Assembly (NCBI RefSeq): GCF_001194135.2
Contig: NC_068981.1
Span: forward strand, 35,611,757-35,675,756
Length of the DNA stretch: 64,000 nt
From: Octopus bimaculoides
Lineage: Eukaryota
Reading direction: 5' to 3'
Part shown: positions 1 to 59,329 of the stretch, one piece after another
How positions within the stretch are numbered: position 1 is the stretch's first letter
Layout: each line of letters opens with the position of its first letter
The notes under the pieces: generated by a model
What the model was told of the DNA's origin: nothing
The model's input: the letters and a program-made list of their open reading frames with translations, nothing else
The model's database searches: none
Position numbers and translations under genes: made by a program

Positions 1-1803
1 TATATATATATATATATATATATCTGTATATGTATGTTAGTATAAAATTGTGAATTCCATCTGAAATCCAAACTATTAATATAACTTTCTCTTAATTTGC
101 TAAATAAAAATTCTTGTTTGTGGTATAATAATTGAGCACAACCAGAGAACAGAAAAATGAACGTTTTCATTTGTTTTGAAGCTTGTTGCAGAATTTTGCA
201 CTTTTCTTTCAATGCTAATCAAGCACATATTGCACTTATATTTTATTGAGATAATAACTGTGACCAAACAATTGAGTTTGTATTTTGCAGTATCTATTTT
301 TCTCCATGTAGGCTTTGAAAATGCTTGGCTTCTAAACTTTAGCCCTATGATTAAATTATCAAGGTTATATTGGGGTTAACTTTAGATCGGTAATTAAAAT
401 ATTTAGGTCCCACGAGAATATGTCATCCTTTTTTTTTCTTTCATTAAATGTTACAGTTGGTCTTTTTTTGATATTTTTTAATTCATTTTTCAGGTTAGAA
501 TGTTTTGAACTGAAAAACACAAAAAGTGATTAAAAAAGTCAAGCATAACATAGTGTTTTCTTTTCTCTCTTCTCTCACATTACATTTTATTATTATTTCT
601 GTTTACAATTTACAAACATGGCTATTATTCCATTTTTCAAAACTTGCATGTTTATATTATGGCATTATTCAGTTGGTCTATTTATTGTTCTTTTTGTTTT
701 ATTTATTTTTCATTTTTTTTATTTTTTGCTTTTGTTTGCAAATTAAATTCTTTCCTTCATACTGCAATGAAAATCACAACCCATGAATTAGGGCACAACC
801 ATTGGGAAGGAGTTTATTCTTTTATCTTTCTTTTGTACACAAGAAAAGGATAGTGTTACCCATTGCATTATGAGTAATCATCATCATTATTTCTTTTTAT
901 TATTATTGTCCTGTCGTCTTCAAGAGAAACACAAGTGTTTTTTTTTTGTTGTCTTTTCATTTAGAGTAGCTGCAATACAATTGAGTAGATTATACCAGTT
1001 GTTTGTTACACAGAATTGGCATAATATATTTTTTTTCTCTTGGAATAATACACACACACTGAACAGACAAGAAAACCCATTGGTCAGTTATATCAGTAGG
1101 TGTTCAAATAGTTGAGTAGACAACTGTTATGCTAAACATGGAAACATGCAGGGAACAACCAAAAAAAAAAAAAAAGAATCCAGAAAGATATAGAAATCAA
1201 ATAGATAAACATCAAAAGAATTAATTATAAGAGGGAAGTCAAGAAAGAAAACAACAACCAATTTCATCTTCAAGTGTAAGCAATGTGTTGATGTTTCAGT
1301 TTTCAAGTTGCCTTTGTACTGGTTGTTTTTTTTTTTTGAGTGTATAATAATGAAATTTATACATTTTCTTCTTCTTTGTCTTCTTTTGATTGATGTCTCC
1401 TGCTTACCATTGAAGATGGCCACCTACTGTTGACAAACCACATGTGTACAGCCATACATAACTATTTATAACATACACACATACTCACACACACACATTA
1501 CATATACATGTGTATGTAATCACACACACATCTACTTACTGCTTCACATACCAGAACACTTTGTACAGACACTTGACTATTCAGACACTAATGTGCATGT
1601 GCATTCATGCAAGTGTAGAAGGTTGTATGAACGTGATAGTATTAAGTGAATTTACCAAATCACACCATTGAATTTCTGCCAAATGCTCTTCTATTCTAAT
1701 CTTCAATGACCTCTTCTCTTTAAAATTTCTTCATACATTGCATATTTTGGGATAGGTCTTTTCCTGTTCTGTTGTTAGTGATTATTATTATTATTATTAT
1801 TAC

Positions 1804-1840
<37 letters not shown>

Positions 1841-2437
1841 GTTATTATTATCATTATTATTGCTGTTGTTATATAATAAAATTTATTATCATCATTGTCA
1901 TCATCTTCAATATTATTGATATTTTTAATTTCTTAATTTTGATGACATCATAAAAAATTATTTACTAATTTGGAATTCAAGAAAAGTTGCAAAGATTTTA
2001 TTGTTTCTTCAGAAATAAGAGCAAGAATAATTATTTTTGTTGTTGTTTTGTTTTCTTCAGAGGGGACTAAGTTTCAAATGGTTTATTCTGAAATGAAGAG
2101 ATTTCTCATTTCCTATCGTTCTATTTTCATCAAGGAATTGTTGATTTTATCTTAGTGATAACTTTGAACCATCAATTTTAATTGAAACTAGTAGGTTTCT
2201 TTTGCTTATTTGGTATGTAGTCAGCATATATTAAGTAGATTAATACATATATATATATATACATGTGTGTATATATAACTATCTAGTGTATTAAATCTAT
2301 CCAAGATATCATAGCTTTAAGTAGATTATCCAATGATGTATCTAATACGAACAATATTTATTGGGTGTGAAATGGTAGAAATAATACAAAAAAATAGAGG
2401 CAGTATGTGTATGTTTGCATGTGTATATATATATATA

Positions 2438-2468
<31 letters not shown>

Positions 2469-5098
2469 GTACTGTGAGAGATAGAGAGAGAAGGTAGAAA
2501 AGATAATATATTCAGGAAAATTTGTTCTGAAACCTCTTCTTTACATTTCAACATTTGATCTTATCTAATTGTTTTCCCTCCTTTTAAAAATCTCTTTACA
2601 AATCATTATTGAAGAGAAGATATGTAGTGATGGTAGAGGTGAAGGTGTTGGTGCATGGTGGGTCGTTGGGATAAACATGAAGTGGAATGGAGCAGAGGCA
2701 GTTAGACACTAAGAGAAGAGAGAGGACTTCAAAGGAATTTGGGTTTTATTTGTTCATTAGCACATTCAAACACAAAATCACAACTTGACAACTACTATGT
2801 GTATATCTTCCGCCTCCTCCACCTTCTTATTATCACACAATTCCTTCTGCTCAATGACATCGATGTCAATGTCGTCATCATCGTCACCATCGTCGTCGTC
2901 ATCATCATCATCATCATCATCTCCAACAACATACATTATTGAAGGCAAGTCATTAATTTATATTGTATGTAAATGTATGTTTGTCCATCAAGCTGTTTAT
3001 GTATGCATAGTATAGGTTTGTGTGTATGCTTATATATATATATATATTTATATATACACAGTGGTGAGCTGAACCTGTTTTGCATTAGTTTCTAAAAATT
3101 GGTCACTAAGATGTTTTTTAAGATGAGACAGGTTGTTGATTTTTTTTACTGGATTCTGAATAGAGACCTACTGAGAAAATTTACAGCGCCACTGTTATGG
3201 CATATTGTCAAATAACTCTTCCAACCCTCCCTTGCAATTCAGTTGCATTTTCATGTTTTGAAATAAAGGATAGTTGATTTTTGCTGTGTAAGATTTGTTT
3301 TTTTCATTGTTAACTTAAGATGATTGGTAAAGTTTATTTGCAGTAATGAAAGTGAAAATGTTCACGAGTGCTTATATGTATCTGTGTACTAATGGATGTT
3401 TGTGCATATGTGTGTGAATGTGTGTCTATGTGTACATATGTATGTATGGAATTGTATGCTGTATATTGCTTGTGCCCCTGTAGCATCATCATCCTTTTCT
3501 CTTTCTCTTTAATCTATCATACATATTTGTATTGGTGGCTCTTGTTATATTGTATCTATCTATTTTCTTGTCAAACTCGCTCTTCTTTTCTATACCTTTA
3601 ACTTGACACCTTTACTAGTTATTTCAAGAATCCTCTGGCTCAACTTTTCTTCGTTCATTCTCTCCCCATCCTGAATCTAACATTTCTCCCACTAAGTCTA
3701 TCTATCCCTCAACTTCACAATTTTCCCTTACTTCTTCACTCCCAGATAAAATCTAAAGCTACAAGGGATTATATACTAAGCCCCTCATAACAAATAAACA
3801 AAATAAACAGACCTCTTGTTTTACTGCCTTTTGTCAATGCAGAGCTTTGTTAGTTTCCTCAGACTCTGGATTTTACTCTATTTTAAGATTATATTTCATG
3901 ACCCTCATAATGAAGAGATAATATATTATTGATATTGGAATGTTTTTTTTAACACAAAGTATGGTCAAAATTTTATTATTTTCAGTGAACCACTTGTCAA
4001 AACTTTGGTAGCTCATCACTGTATACATAAACATAAGCACTCAAACACATGTATATATACACATATGCAAGTATATGCATATTTACATACAAATATGCAT
4101 ATATGTGAGTGAGTGGGTATGCATATGTTTGTGTGTGTATGACTGTGCCTGCATGTAGGTGTTGAAATGCGTGTGCATAGATTGTGTGTGTGTGTGTGAA
4201 GATGTGCCTCTGTTTTTAAGTGTGAGAATATCAGATTATCTTACTGTACATGGATAAGTATGTTTGTACATGATAGCTTGTTTGTTATATATAAGAATAA
4301 AATTCTTGTGTAATTCATTTGATGTGTTGTATATAAGATTTTCTGCTTAACATTCTGATTTTATCTCTTGAAACAATAACCTTATTTTAGTTCCATATTT
4401 TAATAAGCTGTCTCTGTTTTTATATTGTATTCTTTCATATACTATCTCTATCAATTCATTAATTTAGTTTTGTTTTCTCCTTCTATATACTGTAATATTT
4501 GCTTAAACTTTGTAGAAATGATATTAAATTTTTAAACAGTCATATTTTAATGAGTGCATTAAATGACATGGTATAAAATACTTGTTCTGATGTGGAATAT
4601 TTCCACTCAAATATGGTCTTTATTTGACTGATAAAAGAATAGTAAGATGAAATGTTAAACCTACAATAATCATTGTAATCTTTCCTGAAATTTTTGATAT
4701 TTTGATATTAAGTACTTAAATTATTAAATTTTTGTCTGACTTGTCTGTTTTACCTCTTTTCAAAAACATCACATGTATGCATATACACACACATTTATAT
4801 AAATATATATATTTTTTACATATATATAATATATCTATGTGCATGCATGCATGTATGTGNNNNNNNNNNNNNNNNNNNNNNNNNNNNNNNNNNNNNNNNN
4901 NNNNNNNNNNNNNNNNNNNNNNNNNNNNNNNNNNNNNNNNNNNNNNNNNNNNNNNNNNNNNNNNNNNNNNNNNNNNNNNNNNNNNNNNNNNNNNNNNNNN
5001 NNNNNNNNNNNNNNNNNNNNNNNNNNNNNNNNNNNNNNNNNNNNNNNNNNNNNNNNNNNNNNNNNNNNNNNNNNNNNNNNNNNNNNNNNNNNNNNNNN

Positions 5099-5129
<31 letters not shown>

Positions 5130-5926
5130 CATACATACATACATACATATTTATGATATTTCATTGCTTTCCTTTTGTTTATTGATTAATTCGTCATCCA
5201 TGTGTATTCTTTGCATTGTTTTTATCATTATTATTTGAACCCCCTTTTCTTTTTTTTTCCTCTGTAATATTTCTTTGTTTCTGTAGGAAAGTTTTGATTT
5301 TGATTGAGGTAGCCTTTTTTTTTTTAAAATCATTTTCAGTATTCTGTTTTCACATGTAAACACTTGTCCAAATAGTATTAGACTGTTAAACACACAAACA
5401 CAAAAATTCTTATGTTGGTTTGTGCATCTGTGTATATGTACAAGCACAAACACACATGCACAAACCAACATACACACACATATGCATACATATAGACACA
5501 AAATTCTTTAGAAAAAGAAAAAGAATATTAGTTTGTCTCTAGTGTAAGTTTGCATTTATTGATTTTAGATATTTTCTCACCTTGTTTACTTCTTTCTTCC
5601 ATTCTGTTTTTCTTTCATTCTTTCTTTCAAAATGTCTCTTTTAAAAAATTTATTTAAGTTTGATTGTAACATTTATTATTAAAGTATGTAATCTAAAATA
5701 ATATTTTTGATTCATCTCACTTTTAAGAAGGACATATTCCTGACTCACTATTACACTGGTGCTCATTTTCCTATTTACCTAATTCTTAGTTCCCATTCTA
5801 TACATTTCCAGTTTTCTGCATTATTTGTATACAAATTATGATATAATTTGAACACATTGTTTCTGATGTATGGATTGCTTATGGTACATACAAACAAATA
5901 CACACTCATAGACACAGACACACACA

Positions 5927-5969
<43 letters not shown>

Positions 5970-5977
5970 GCTCAAAC

Positions 5978-6008
<31 letters not shown>

Positions 6009-6143
6009 NNNNNNNNNNNNNNNNNNNNNNNNNNNNNNNNNNNNNNNNNNNNNNNNNNNNNNNNNNNNNNNNNNNNNNNNNNNNNNNNNNNNNNNNNNNN
6101 NNNNNNNNNNNNNNNNNNNNNNNNNNNNNNNNNNNNNNNNNNN

Positions 6144-6426
6144 TAATTGTTAAAGAGGACAACAAACATTAAGACAAGGCAAACATCTCAAGCCATATAC
6201 ATTATTGTTATTGGAAAAAATTCAGTCTTACAGCTGTTTCTCGGATATCCTAGAGTATGGGATATTCTGTCATCATTTTCCCTATTTGTCTCTGATGATG
6301 GAATATCCCATACTCTTGGATATCCCAGAAACAGCTGTAAGACTTTGAATTTATTCCAATAATAATAATGTATATGACTTGAGATGTTTGCCTTGCCTTA
6401 ACGTTTGTTGTCCTCTTTAACAATTA
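6144..6426. mobile_element. Foldback (inverted-repeat) element, ~130-bp arms with ~17-nt loop, probably inverted Penelope-type pLTR pair
   Basis: Left arm taattgttaaagaggacaacaaac...gatattctgtcatca is the near-perfect reverse complement of the right arm tgatgatggaatatc...gtttgttgtcctctttaacaatta. TA-rich flanks; left end abuts an N gap. Confidence 0.8.
6288..6343 (+). ncRNA. Minimal type I hammerhead ribozyme motif
   Basis: gtct-CTGATGA-(stem II tggaatatcc/ggatatccca, loop catactctt)-GAAA-cagctg-TA-agac. Conserved CUGAUGA and GAAA cores, 4-bp stem I gtct/agac, palindromic stem III ACAGCTGT, GUA cleavage triplet. Confidence 0.75.
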
Positions 6427-6565
6427 TATATTCTCTATATCAGAAATCTGCAATGGCTCTATAACTACCATCTCAGCTACAACCTTGGAGCCTTAGTAAT
6501 CCATTACAGAACTTACCTAGTGTACCTAATCGTTTAGATCACCTGTGAACTAAACCCCCATATTT

Positions 6566-6602
<37 letters not shown>

Positions 6603-6639
6603 GACATGTACATATGCACATAATACATTGACCATCCAT

Positions 6640-6792
6640 ACCATAACTTAGCGATTTGACAAATAGAGACAATAAAATAAGTACAAGACTAGAATTAAGT
6701 ACTGGGGGTTGATATGATCAACTGAAACACTTGAAGGTGGTGCCCCAGCATGGCCACAGTCTAGTGACTGAAACCACTAAAAGAATAAAAAG
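6640..6792 (+). mobile_element. SINE 3' fragment (octopus-type, ggtggtgccccagcatggccacagtc...tgactgaaac tail)
   Basis: Shares a gataaaataagtac/ggggttgat core with other SINE copies in the window. A-rich end. Confidence 0.5.
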
Positions 6793-6799
6793 AATCCTG

Positions 6800-7120
6800 C
6801 CTTTTTAAGGGTGTCTAGGACTACATTATTTAATGTGTCCTTTCCCTGTTTTTGAAGACGGTGGGTGGGGGTGTAATTTGAGGGAGATTTGACTGTTGTT
6901 TCTTGCAGGTTGAGTGATTATGTAGAAGCACCCTTGCTAATGTTGCTTAATTTCATGTCAGTCTTGACTGAACACGTCTATGATCAAAGGCATTCTAGCC
7001 GTGACCATCCCGTCTTTTTTTTTTTGGAAGTGGGAGGATCTATGACTACATTATTTAATGTGTGTCCTTCCCTTTTTAAGACAGTGAGGGAGATTTAGCC
7101 GCTATTTCAAGCAGGTTAAG
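6800..7120 (+). repeat. Two tandem copies of a dispersed repeat (gactacattatttaatgtgtcc...gagggagattt...gcaggtt)
   Basis: Direct duplication visible at ~6815 and ~7043. Related copies near 45570, 50930 and 52440. Confidence 0.55.
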
Positions 7121-8787
7121 CATTGTATCTGTTGGTAGTGATTGTGGTAGAGAGTGCTGTGATGCTGTTGAACACCACTGAAATATTGTATTCATGTAAG
7201 TTTTAAAATTTTGTTATATAGAGGCAGCACCTATGAAATAAGTATACTCTCCCAGACCATTGAGAAAGATGTGGCTGATGCCCAGCCAAAATGATCATCA
7301 GTTGGTCAATGTCTGCCACATATGATTCATGTGGTGGTGATGGTTGGGGAAGGAATAATTACGTTTATTCTACTCAAAAGAGTTAACTGGTGATGAAAAG
7401 AACATAGAAATTAGACCAGACAAAACAAACATTCAGCATTTTTCATAGAATAGGATTAGAAAGATAATTTTTCAATGAAATTCTATTCTTACAACCTAAG
7501 TTTTAGGGCATTGGGGCTTTTATTTCATACATACTAACACTGCCATTGTCATTCACATTTTGATTTTTCTTTTTTTCTGAAATATGATTGCATCACACAC
7601 ATCTTTGAATTTTTTTCTTTCATTTACTGCTTGTGATGCTTGTTTTTAAAAAAAATGATGAAAATATCCCACATGCTGAGGGTTATGTCAGGAGGTGTTC
7701 TTGCTATTATTATTGTAGTTGTTGATGATGATGATGTGTCTGTATGTTATATATTTTTGAACCAATCAGAAGCTTTCGTTGCACAGCCAATAATAAAATT
7801 AAATATGAGAAAGAGAAGGGGAGGGGTGATGAGAGAATGAGAAAGAAAGAAAGAAAAAATGATGAAAAATAATACGGATTAGGGGAGAGGCAAAAGGTTA
7901 GAAAAATAGAGGAAGGAAAGTGATGGTGAGTTAGGAAAAAGAGAGAAAATAAGAGAGAGATTTTAGATACAGAAATCAATTGTTCATAACCAAAGGTTGG
8001 GATAAAATTGAGATGAAGAGGTGAGGAAGGAATGGGGGAAGGGGAGAATGCCTACGAAGTTCTGTCACTACAGCCAGTAGGGGAGAAGGGGAGTGGTGGT
8101 GGTGGCTGGGTGGGTAATTTTTTCTTTTACCCACCAAGTTTTCTTCACTTTATTTTCCATAACTGATTTGCAGTGAGACAGTAAAAGAAGGCAAAGAAGA
8201 GAAAAAAAACACAAAAAATTTCAAAAAATTCTACACACATTAAAAAAATGTGTGCATATATGTGTGTGAGCATGCATTTGTATGTATGTGTGTGTTTGTT
8301 AGTGTAAATATGCATTTCAGATTGAAACAAGAGGTTATAATAATATTTAATTTGACATTGTCAACAGTAGCCATTATTGTATTTATACAGTTAGCTTAGT
8401 TTTGATTTGATTGGATACTTTACTTTCAGTTTTCAATATGTTACTTAGTTGAATGGTTGGTTGTTGACTGCATATACTGTTACTTGGAGTTGGTATTTAT
8501 TGAGAAGTTTGTTTATATAATTTTTATATTCATTGCATCTTTTACTGGACAAGGATAAAGAGAAAAAAAAAGTGTAGGTTTCCATTTGATTAAAATGAAT
8601 TTTTCTGGGTAATTTTTTTTTTCATGTTCATTATTAGTAATGAATGTCAAAAGAATAGTGGTACGAAATAATTTATGTCGTCGTCCATTTCTGTAAAAGA
8701 AAAAAATTGTCGCCGTTTTTTCGTACCTTGTTCACTGATCACTGAGATGTAGCATTGTTTTGAGCTTTTCCCTTTTTTCATTTTCTT

Positions 8788-53954
<45,167 letters not shown>

Positions 53955-54199
53955 CTGCAAGAAATGAAATATTTCTTTATAATTTTGTTCAATGAGTAAA
54001 TATGCAAAACTAGCATAAACAGAGTAAGTAAAACCAATGAAATCAAAAGAAACATTCTGATATATATGTTTAAACAAAGCAACCTATTTTGAGGAAGAAT
54101 TTAGGAGTATGATTACTTAGTGAATAAGAAGTATAATACTGGTCAAGGAGTTAAAAGGTCAAAAATTTCCATCACCATTTCCCTACTTGCTTTAATATA

Positions 54200-55050
54200 C
54201 TAATGTTGTTAATGATAGCAAAGTTATCCTCCCCAGTCTGCTTTGTGAAGATTGATGCTGTCAAATGGGTTCAGTAGGGTGAATGTGACTGGTTTGGCTT
54301 TGGCATATTGAAAGATCTTATAGTATCATGTTGTAGTCACAGAGGAGATTTCTAGACTGAAATGTTATGGATGGAACAAGAGTGATTTACTAATGTTAGG
54401 TGCAGGATATTCTTGTTTTGACTTGTTGACTCAAGTATATGTTGGGATAGGAAAAATTTATCCAAAAAAGCAATTATGCTGCTTTGTTTGGCATTAAGAT
54501 GCAAATATATGGTTTCAGTGTATTTGTAAGCCAGTTCACATAAGGAAAGAAAGTTGCACTTCCTTATTTTGTTTGGTGATAAGATTTTCTCATAGTTTCT
54601 TCTGTCTAATGGAATTTTTCAGTGATTGGTGCTAGGAGGTGCGGTGTGGCTGTATTTTATTTTTGTTGCATTTTTGTGTTGCTGTTTGTTATTGGTCATT
54701 TATTTTGTACCTTTCAGATGGTGGTAGTTGCATTCAAAGTTCAGGCTATTCCTTATGGACAGAAAGTTCTGGCTATGTGTGTGTACAGTCTCAACAATTC
54801 TCTTTGTCCTCTGACTTTAAGTTTAATTTTTAGTTTTATAAGAGGAGCAGTCATTTGTCAATAACTGTCTCTTTTTATTTCATAATGTTTCCTGTCTAAT
54901 TCTGCTATCTCTGCTTATTTACTTATTAATTATCTCTATTTTGGCTAACATTTTTTCTCTGAGAATGTTCATCTTTCACTCTTATTATAGCAAGGGTATC
55001 TTTCCTTCAGATACATCAACCAAATGCATGCAATAACTGCTGTTTTTTTC
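54200..55050 (-). mobile_element. Degenerate CR1/L2-like LINE endonuclease region
   Basis: Minus-strand translation includes NILHLTLVNHSCSIHNISV and LCDYNMIL, matching the NILDLILTN...SDHNMI motifs of CR1-group APE domains. Many stops. Confidence 0.5.
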
Positions 55051-56152
55051 TCAATATTCTTGAATTCAAATTTTCTCATAAATTAACATTTACACATATA
55101 TACTGAATGATTGATTATTTTTCAGTTGTCAAAAAAACCATTTACATTTAGGATTTGTGTTGGGAATGCTTTATTTATGGGGCAGTCAATTAGCAGAGCC
55201 ATTAGAGTGTTGGATAGAATAACTTGCAGTATTTGTTCTAATCCTGCTAAGGTCAACTCTGACTTTCATTATTTTGGGGTCAATAAGAAAAAAGGTACCA
55301 GCCCAGAGTAAAGGATTGGTGAGTAGTTAGAAGGTGGCCAAAATATCTTGTGGTATTTGTTCTAACACTTTGTGTTCAGACAGCAACATCTGTAGCAAGT
55401 CTGATGCCAAGCTGGTAGCCTTTCCCTTGGATAAACATTGATGTGAGGAAGAGACACTCGTATGCATGGGTAACTGCTAGTCTTCCGCAAAATCATCTTA
55501 ACCAGGCCTGAGCATGCACATGCAGATAGTATAGTCAACGTTGATTGACAGAGGTCCTACATGTGTGTGTATTAAAAGATGGCCAGAGGAGGAGTGGGTA
55601 ATGCTCAAGACCTTTGTAGTAGGTCCATTCTGACAAATGAAACAGATTTTCTAGTGTCCAACCTGATTGCTGGAAAAATGTGAGCAGAGATGGGGTGTAC
55701 AGTTTGCAAAAGTTATACAATAAAAATTACAAATGCTAGTATAGAATAATACCAAAATTATATAAGAGATAAACATAAATATAATTCAATAAAATGCAAC
55801 AACCTAAGTGTTTTTCAGACTTCTAGTTTCGATAATAATAGTTCAATGTGACAGACATAGCTTCTAACACTTGAGAAAATGAAATACTGTACAAATAACC
55901 ACCTTGCACAGTGATTTACAAACTAAACATTAGCTTGAAACTTTGCTAAGTTGTATAACTTATAGATTACTTTCTATAAGGAGAAAAATATCTTTACTGT
56001 CTATGTTGGAAAATTGGTTGAATATCAATTAGGTAGGCAAAAAGAAAATATATTTGACCCTTTTGAGACCATTCCACCTGAAATATTTCTGGTATCAAGG
56101 ATACAAAACCTCCTATTTTAAGCATTTTCAAAATCATTGATGCCACTTCCAT

Positions 56153-56567
56153 TACCATCATCATCATTTTAATGTCCACTTTCTCATGGTTGCATGAGTT
56201 AAACAGAATTTGGTAAGGTAGATTTTCTCTGGCTGGATGCCTTCCTTGTCATTAACCTCCCAACTGTTTCCAAGCAAGGTAATATCTCCCCATCACTGGA
56301 CATGTTTTTTTACAGAAGATTGGAAACAAATAATGCTTACTTACAGTCATCACATGTCAAGACAAGAGATATATAGATCAATACATACACATATGCAGAC
56401 AGACACATACACGCATGCACGCGCGCGCACACACACACACACACACNNNNNNNNNNNNNNNNNNNNNNNNNNNNNNNNNNNNNNNNNNNNNNNNNNNNNN
56501 NNNNNNNNNNNNNNNNNNNNNNNNNNNNNNNNNNNNNNNNNNNNNNNNNNNNNNNNNNNNNNNNNNN

Positions 56568-56605
<38 letters not shown>

Positions 56606-56755
56606 CAGGCTCTTTCAATTTCTACCAGTCAAATCCACCTGAAGGCTTTGGTCAACCTAGATCCATAGTAGAAGACACTTGCTCAATGTCACACAATGAA
56701 ACTGAACCTGAAACCACACGGTTGGGTAGCAAGTATCTGAACCACACAGCTATGC
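56153..56755 (-). mobile_element. SINE with RTE-type tail interrupted by (CA)n and an N gap
   Basis: (TCA)n tail + ttaatgtccactttctcatgg at 56160. Head-like ggttgggtagcaag...accacacagc at ~56720. Confidence 0.55.
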
Positions 56756-59329
56756 TTACACCTTGCATTCATATTGAAATTAAACTTCAATCATTATTTT
56801 ATGATTTTGTTTTTTGCTTTGTTCTATAGAATAGCTTAATAATGAAAAAAAAGTACTTTATTAACCCCCATCAAATTCCTGATTGTTTTCAAATTAATTG
56901 AAACTATATATTCCTTTAGAAATATGTTTATGAAAGGGTTAAAGCTTGCATTTGAATATGTTGCAATATCAGAACCATGAACATTTGAATCATATGATCC
57001 CTTTTTATGTAGGATAATAATATAGGATTTTTTTAAAGGATCAATCTAAACAATGAGTGATCTTTATTCTGATAATGAACAAATTTATTACAAATTAAGT
57101 TTACATCTCTTAAAATAGCTTCCTATTTTAGCATTTCCTCCCATCAAGTGGGCAACAATTGCATGAAATAAAGGCTTATTGTGCAATAGTATTAAGAACA
57201 TGCTAGACAAAATGATGATAAAAAATACAATGCAAAATGGGTGATTAATGCTTGTTCATGAAGTGTTAGAGAGGAAACTAGTGGTTCTCTCAGACAATAT
57301 AAATTTATGAATCTTACTCGTATATTTGAGAACAATTGACAATATGAGGAAATTTGAAAAACTGAGGTGAGGGAATATTAATGAATATGAGGGAGGAGTT
57401 GCAGAACCTGTTCCCAAAGATAAAAAAAATTTTATCACAGAATAAACCTTTCCTTATTTTCTTACATATAAAAAATACATTCTAAAATAGGAAAATATAA
57501 CATCAAGTGGTATAGTTTCTTTAAAATAATATATTAGAAGAAGAATATTATGATTGATTAAAATTCTTGTCTTGTGAAGAGCTGAGCTTTTCCTGACATT
57601 TTAAAGAATGAAATAACAAGTTAAAAAACATATTTATATGGACAGAATTTAAGAAGGATCTTGATTACAGAATTAAAAATTATTCTGCGAAAATAACCCA
57701 GAAAGTTTCTACCTCAATAAAATTACTAAATAATCAATTAAGATGGTGGTAGTGAAGAAATTGATAATTCACTCACAATTTAATCAGGTATTATTTTACA
57801 ATTAAATCTGAATTATATATTTTGCATTGCAATTAAAAATCTAGTTTATAATTAATTGTTTAACAAAGATCATATTTAAGTTCTAATTGACTGAATGATT
57901 TGCTCAAATTCTATTTGACTAATTCCATATTTTTTAGCTGGAAGCAGAGTGTAAAATATAGTCAGCATCTGTGAAAATTTCTCTAAAATCTAATAGATTT
58001 TTCAAACAGAAATAATTTAAATGTGATCTGAATACAAACTGAAGCCATTTTCTTTCTAAAATAAATCAATGAGGTTCTCCTTTTTAGTCACTTGATCTCC
58101 TTAATGTGGCAGCCCTCAACAAAATCACTTGATTTTATATAATGGGTATCACATTTTAGGTCAGTATATTTTGTAATGAAAATCAGATGACTTGCTATTA
58201 ATACTGCTTGAGCAGTTCCTAAAGCAGATCAGTTACTTCTGTAAAATCATATACAAACTGAGATATCTAGACCACTGAACAACAAAAACTTATTCCACAC
58301 CAAACTTTTCTACTCTACCCTCATCTTATTTAAAAAGAGCTTTTAGCTACATTACTTCACCAGCTACATATTCAGCCATTTTCTTTAATAATGTGAGGCA
58401 AAATGATATATACTCCCCATTTTGTTGAATCTCTTCCTTTTGAGATTTTCTTATTCTGATAGATTTCTTTCAATCATCAAGATACAATATTTTGAACAAA
58501 GCATCAATATTTATTTGACTAGGCAGAAAGCCAATTCTTAAGGCAAAATTGACCTTGGGGATTTCTGAACACAGAATGGAAATGGACCAAACTTTACATA
58601 TTGTAAAGCAATTTAGTTTAGGTTTCTGCTGACTACTTGTCTTCCATCAGTAAACTTGTTTCACCTAACCATCACTTCTTCCACCCCACATTGCCCACCT
58701 TCATCATCAGTTTAATAAGCTTTCTTTATTTATATAAAAAGAAATATTTATTGCTGTTTTTAATATTTTCCTCTTTGAAGTTAAAATTTAAAAGATACGA
58801 TTACTAAATATTATATAGCCATTTACTTGTCAACATCTTCAGTCTGAACTCTCCATCCATCTCATTGCTGCACAGTAAACTCTAGTTGTGTTATACTTTT
58901 TCTCATGCAACTAATATGTCGAAGTATGAATACTACTAAGAAAGTAAAAACAAAAAAACAACCCTCACCGAATCCCAACTGTACTCAACTTGTCAAAAGC
59001 TTTGACCCTACATTCTCTAGTGCTCACCAATCTTAGTATTTTCCTGGTTCATATACACTTCAGGGATCTCCTGCATTATGGCTACCTCAGGTAAAGGGAT
59101 TCATGGGGACTGTAAAGTATGATCTCTAGTTTTAGGATAAGGTCTGTAATTTTGCTCTTATGGAAACTTGGACAAATTTTAAGAATTTAAAAACTACTTT
59201 CTTCTTAGCCAAAAGGACTCATCTTGGTGTTTTAGCAAAGAGCAAAGTATAATTAACAATTTGAAAGACTATAATCACAATACACACAGGCATGCGCGCA
59301 CACGCACACACACATGTAACACATTGCCT

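Noticed and set aside
1408-1426. Small minus-strand AG...GTAAGC segment (19 or 16 nt)
   Set aside because: Not frame-symmetric, no recognisable peptide, mediocre acceptor.
2785-2930. Ser-rich or Asp-rich ORFs
   Set aside because: Produced by the (TCA/TCG)n microsatellite; no splice support.
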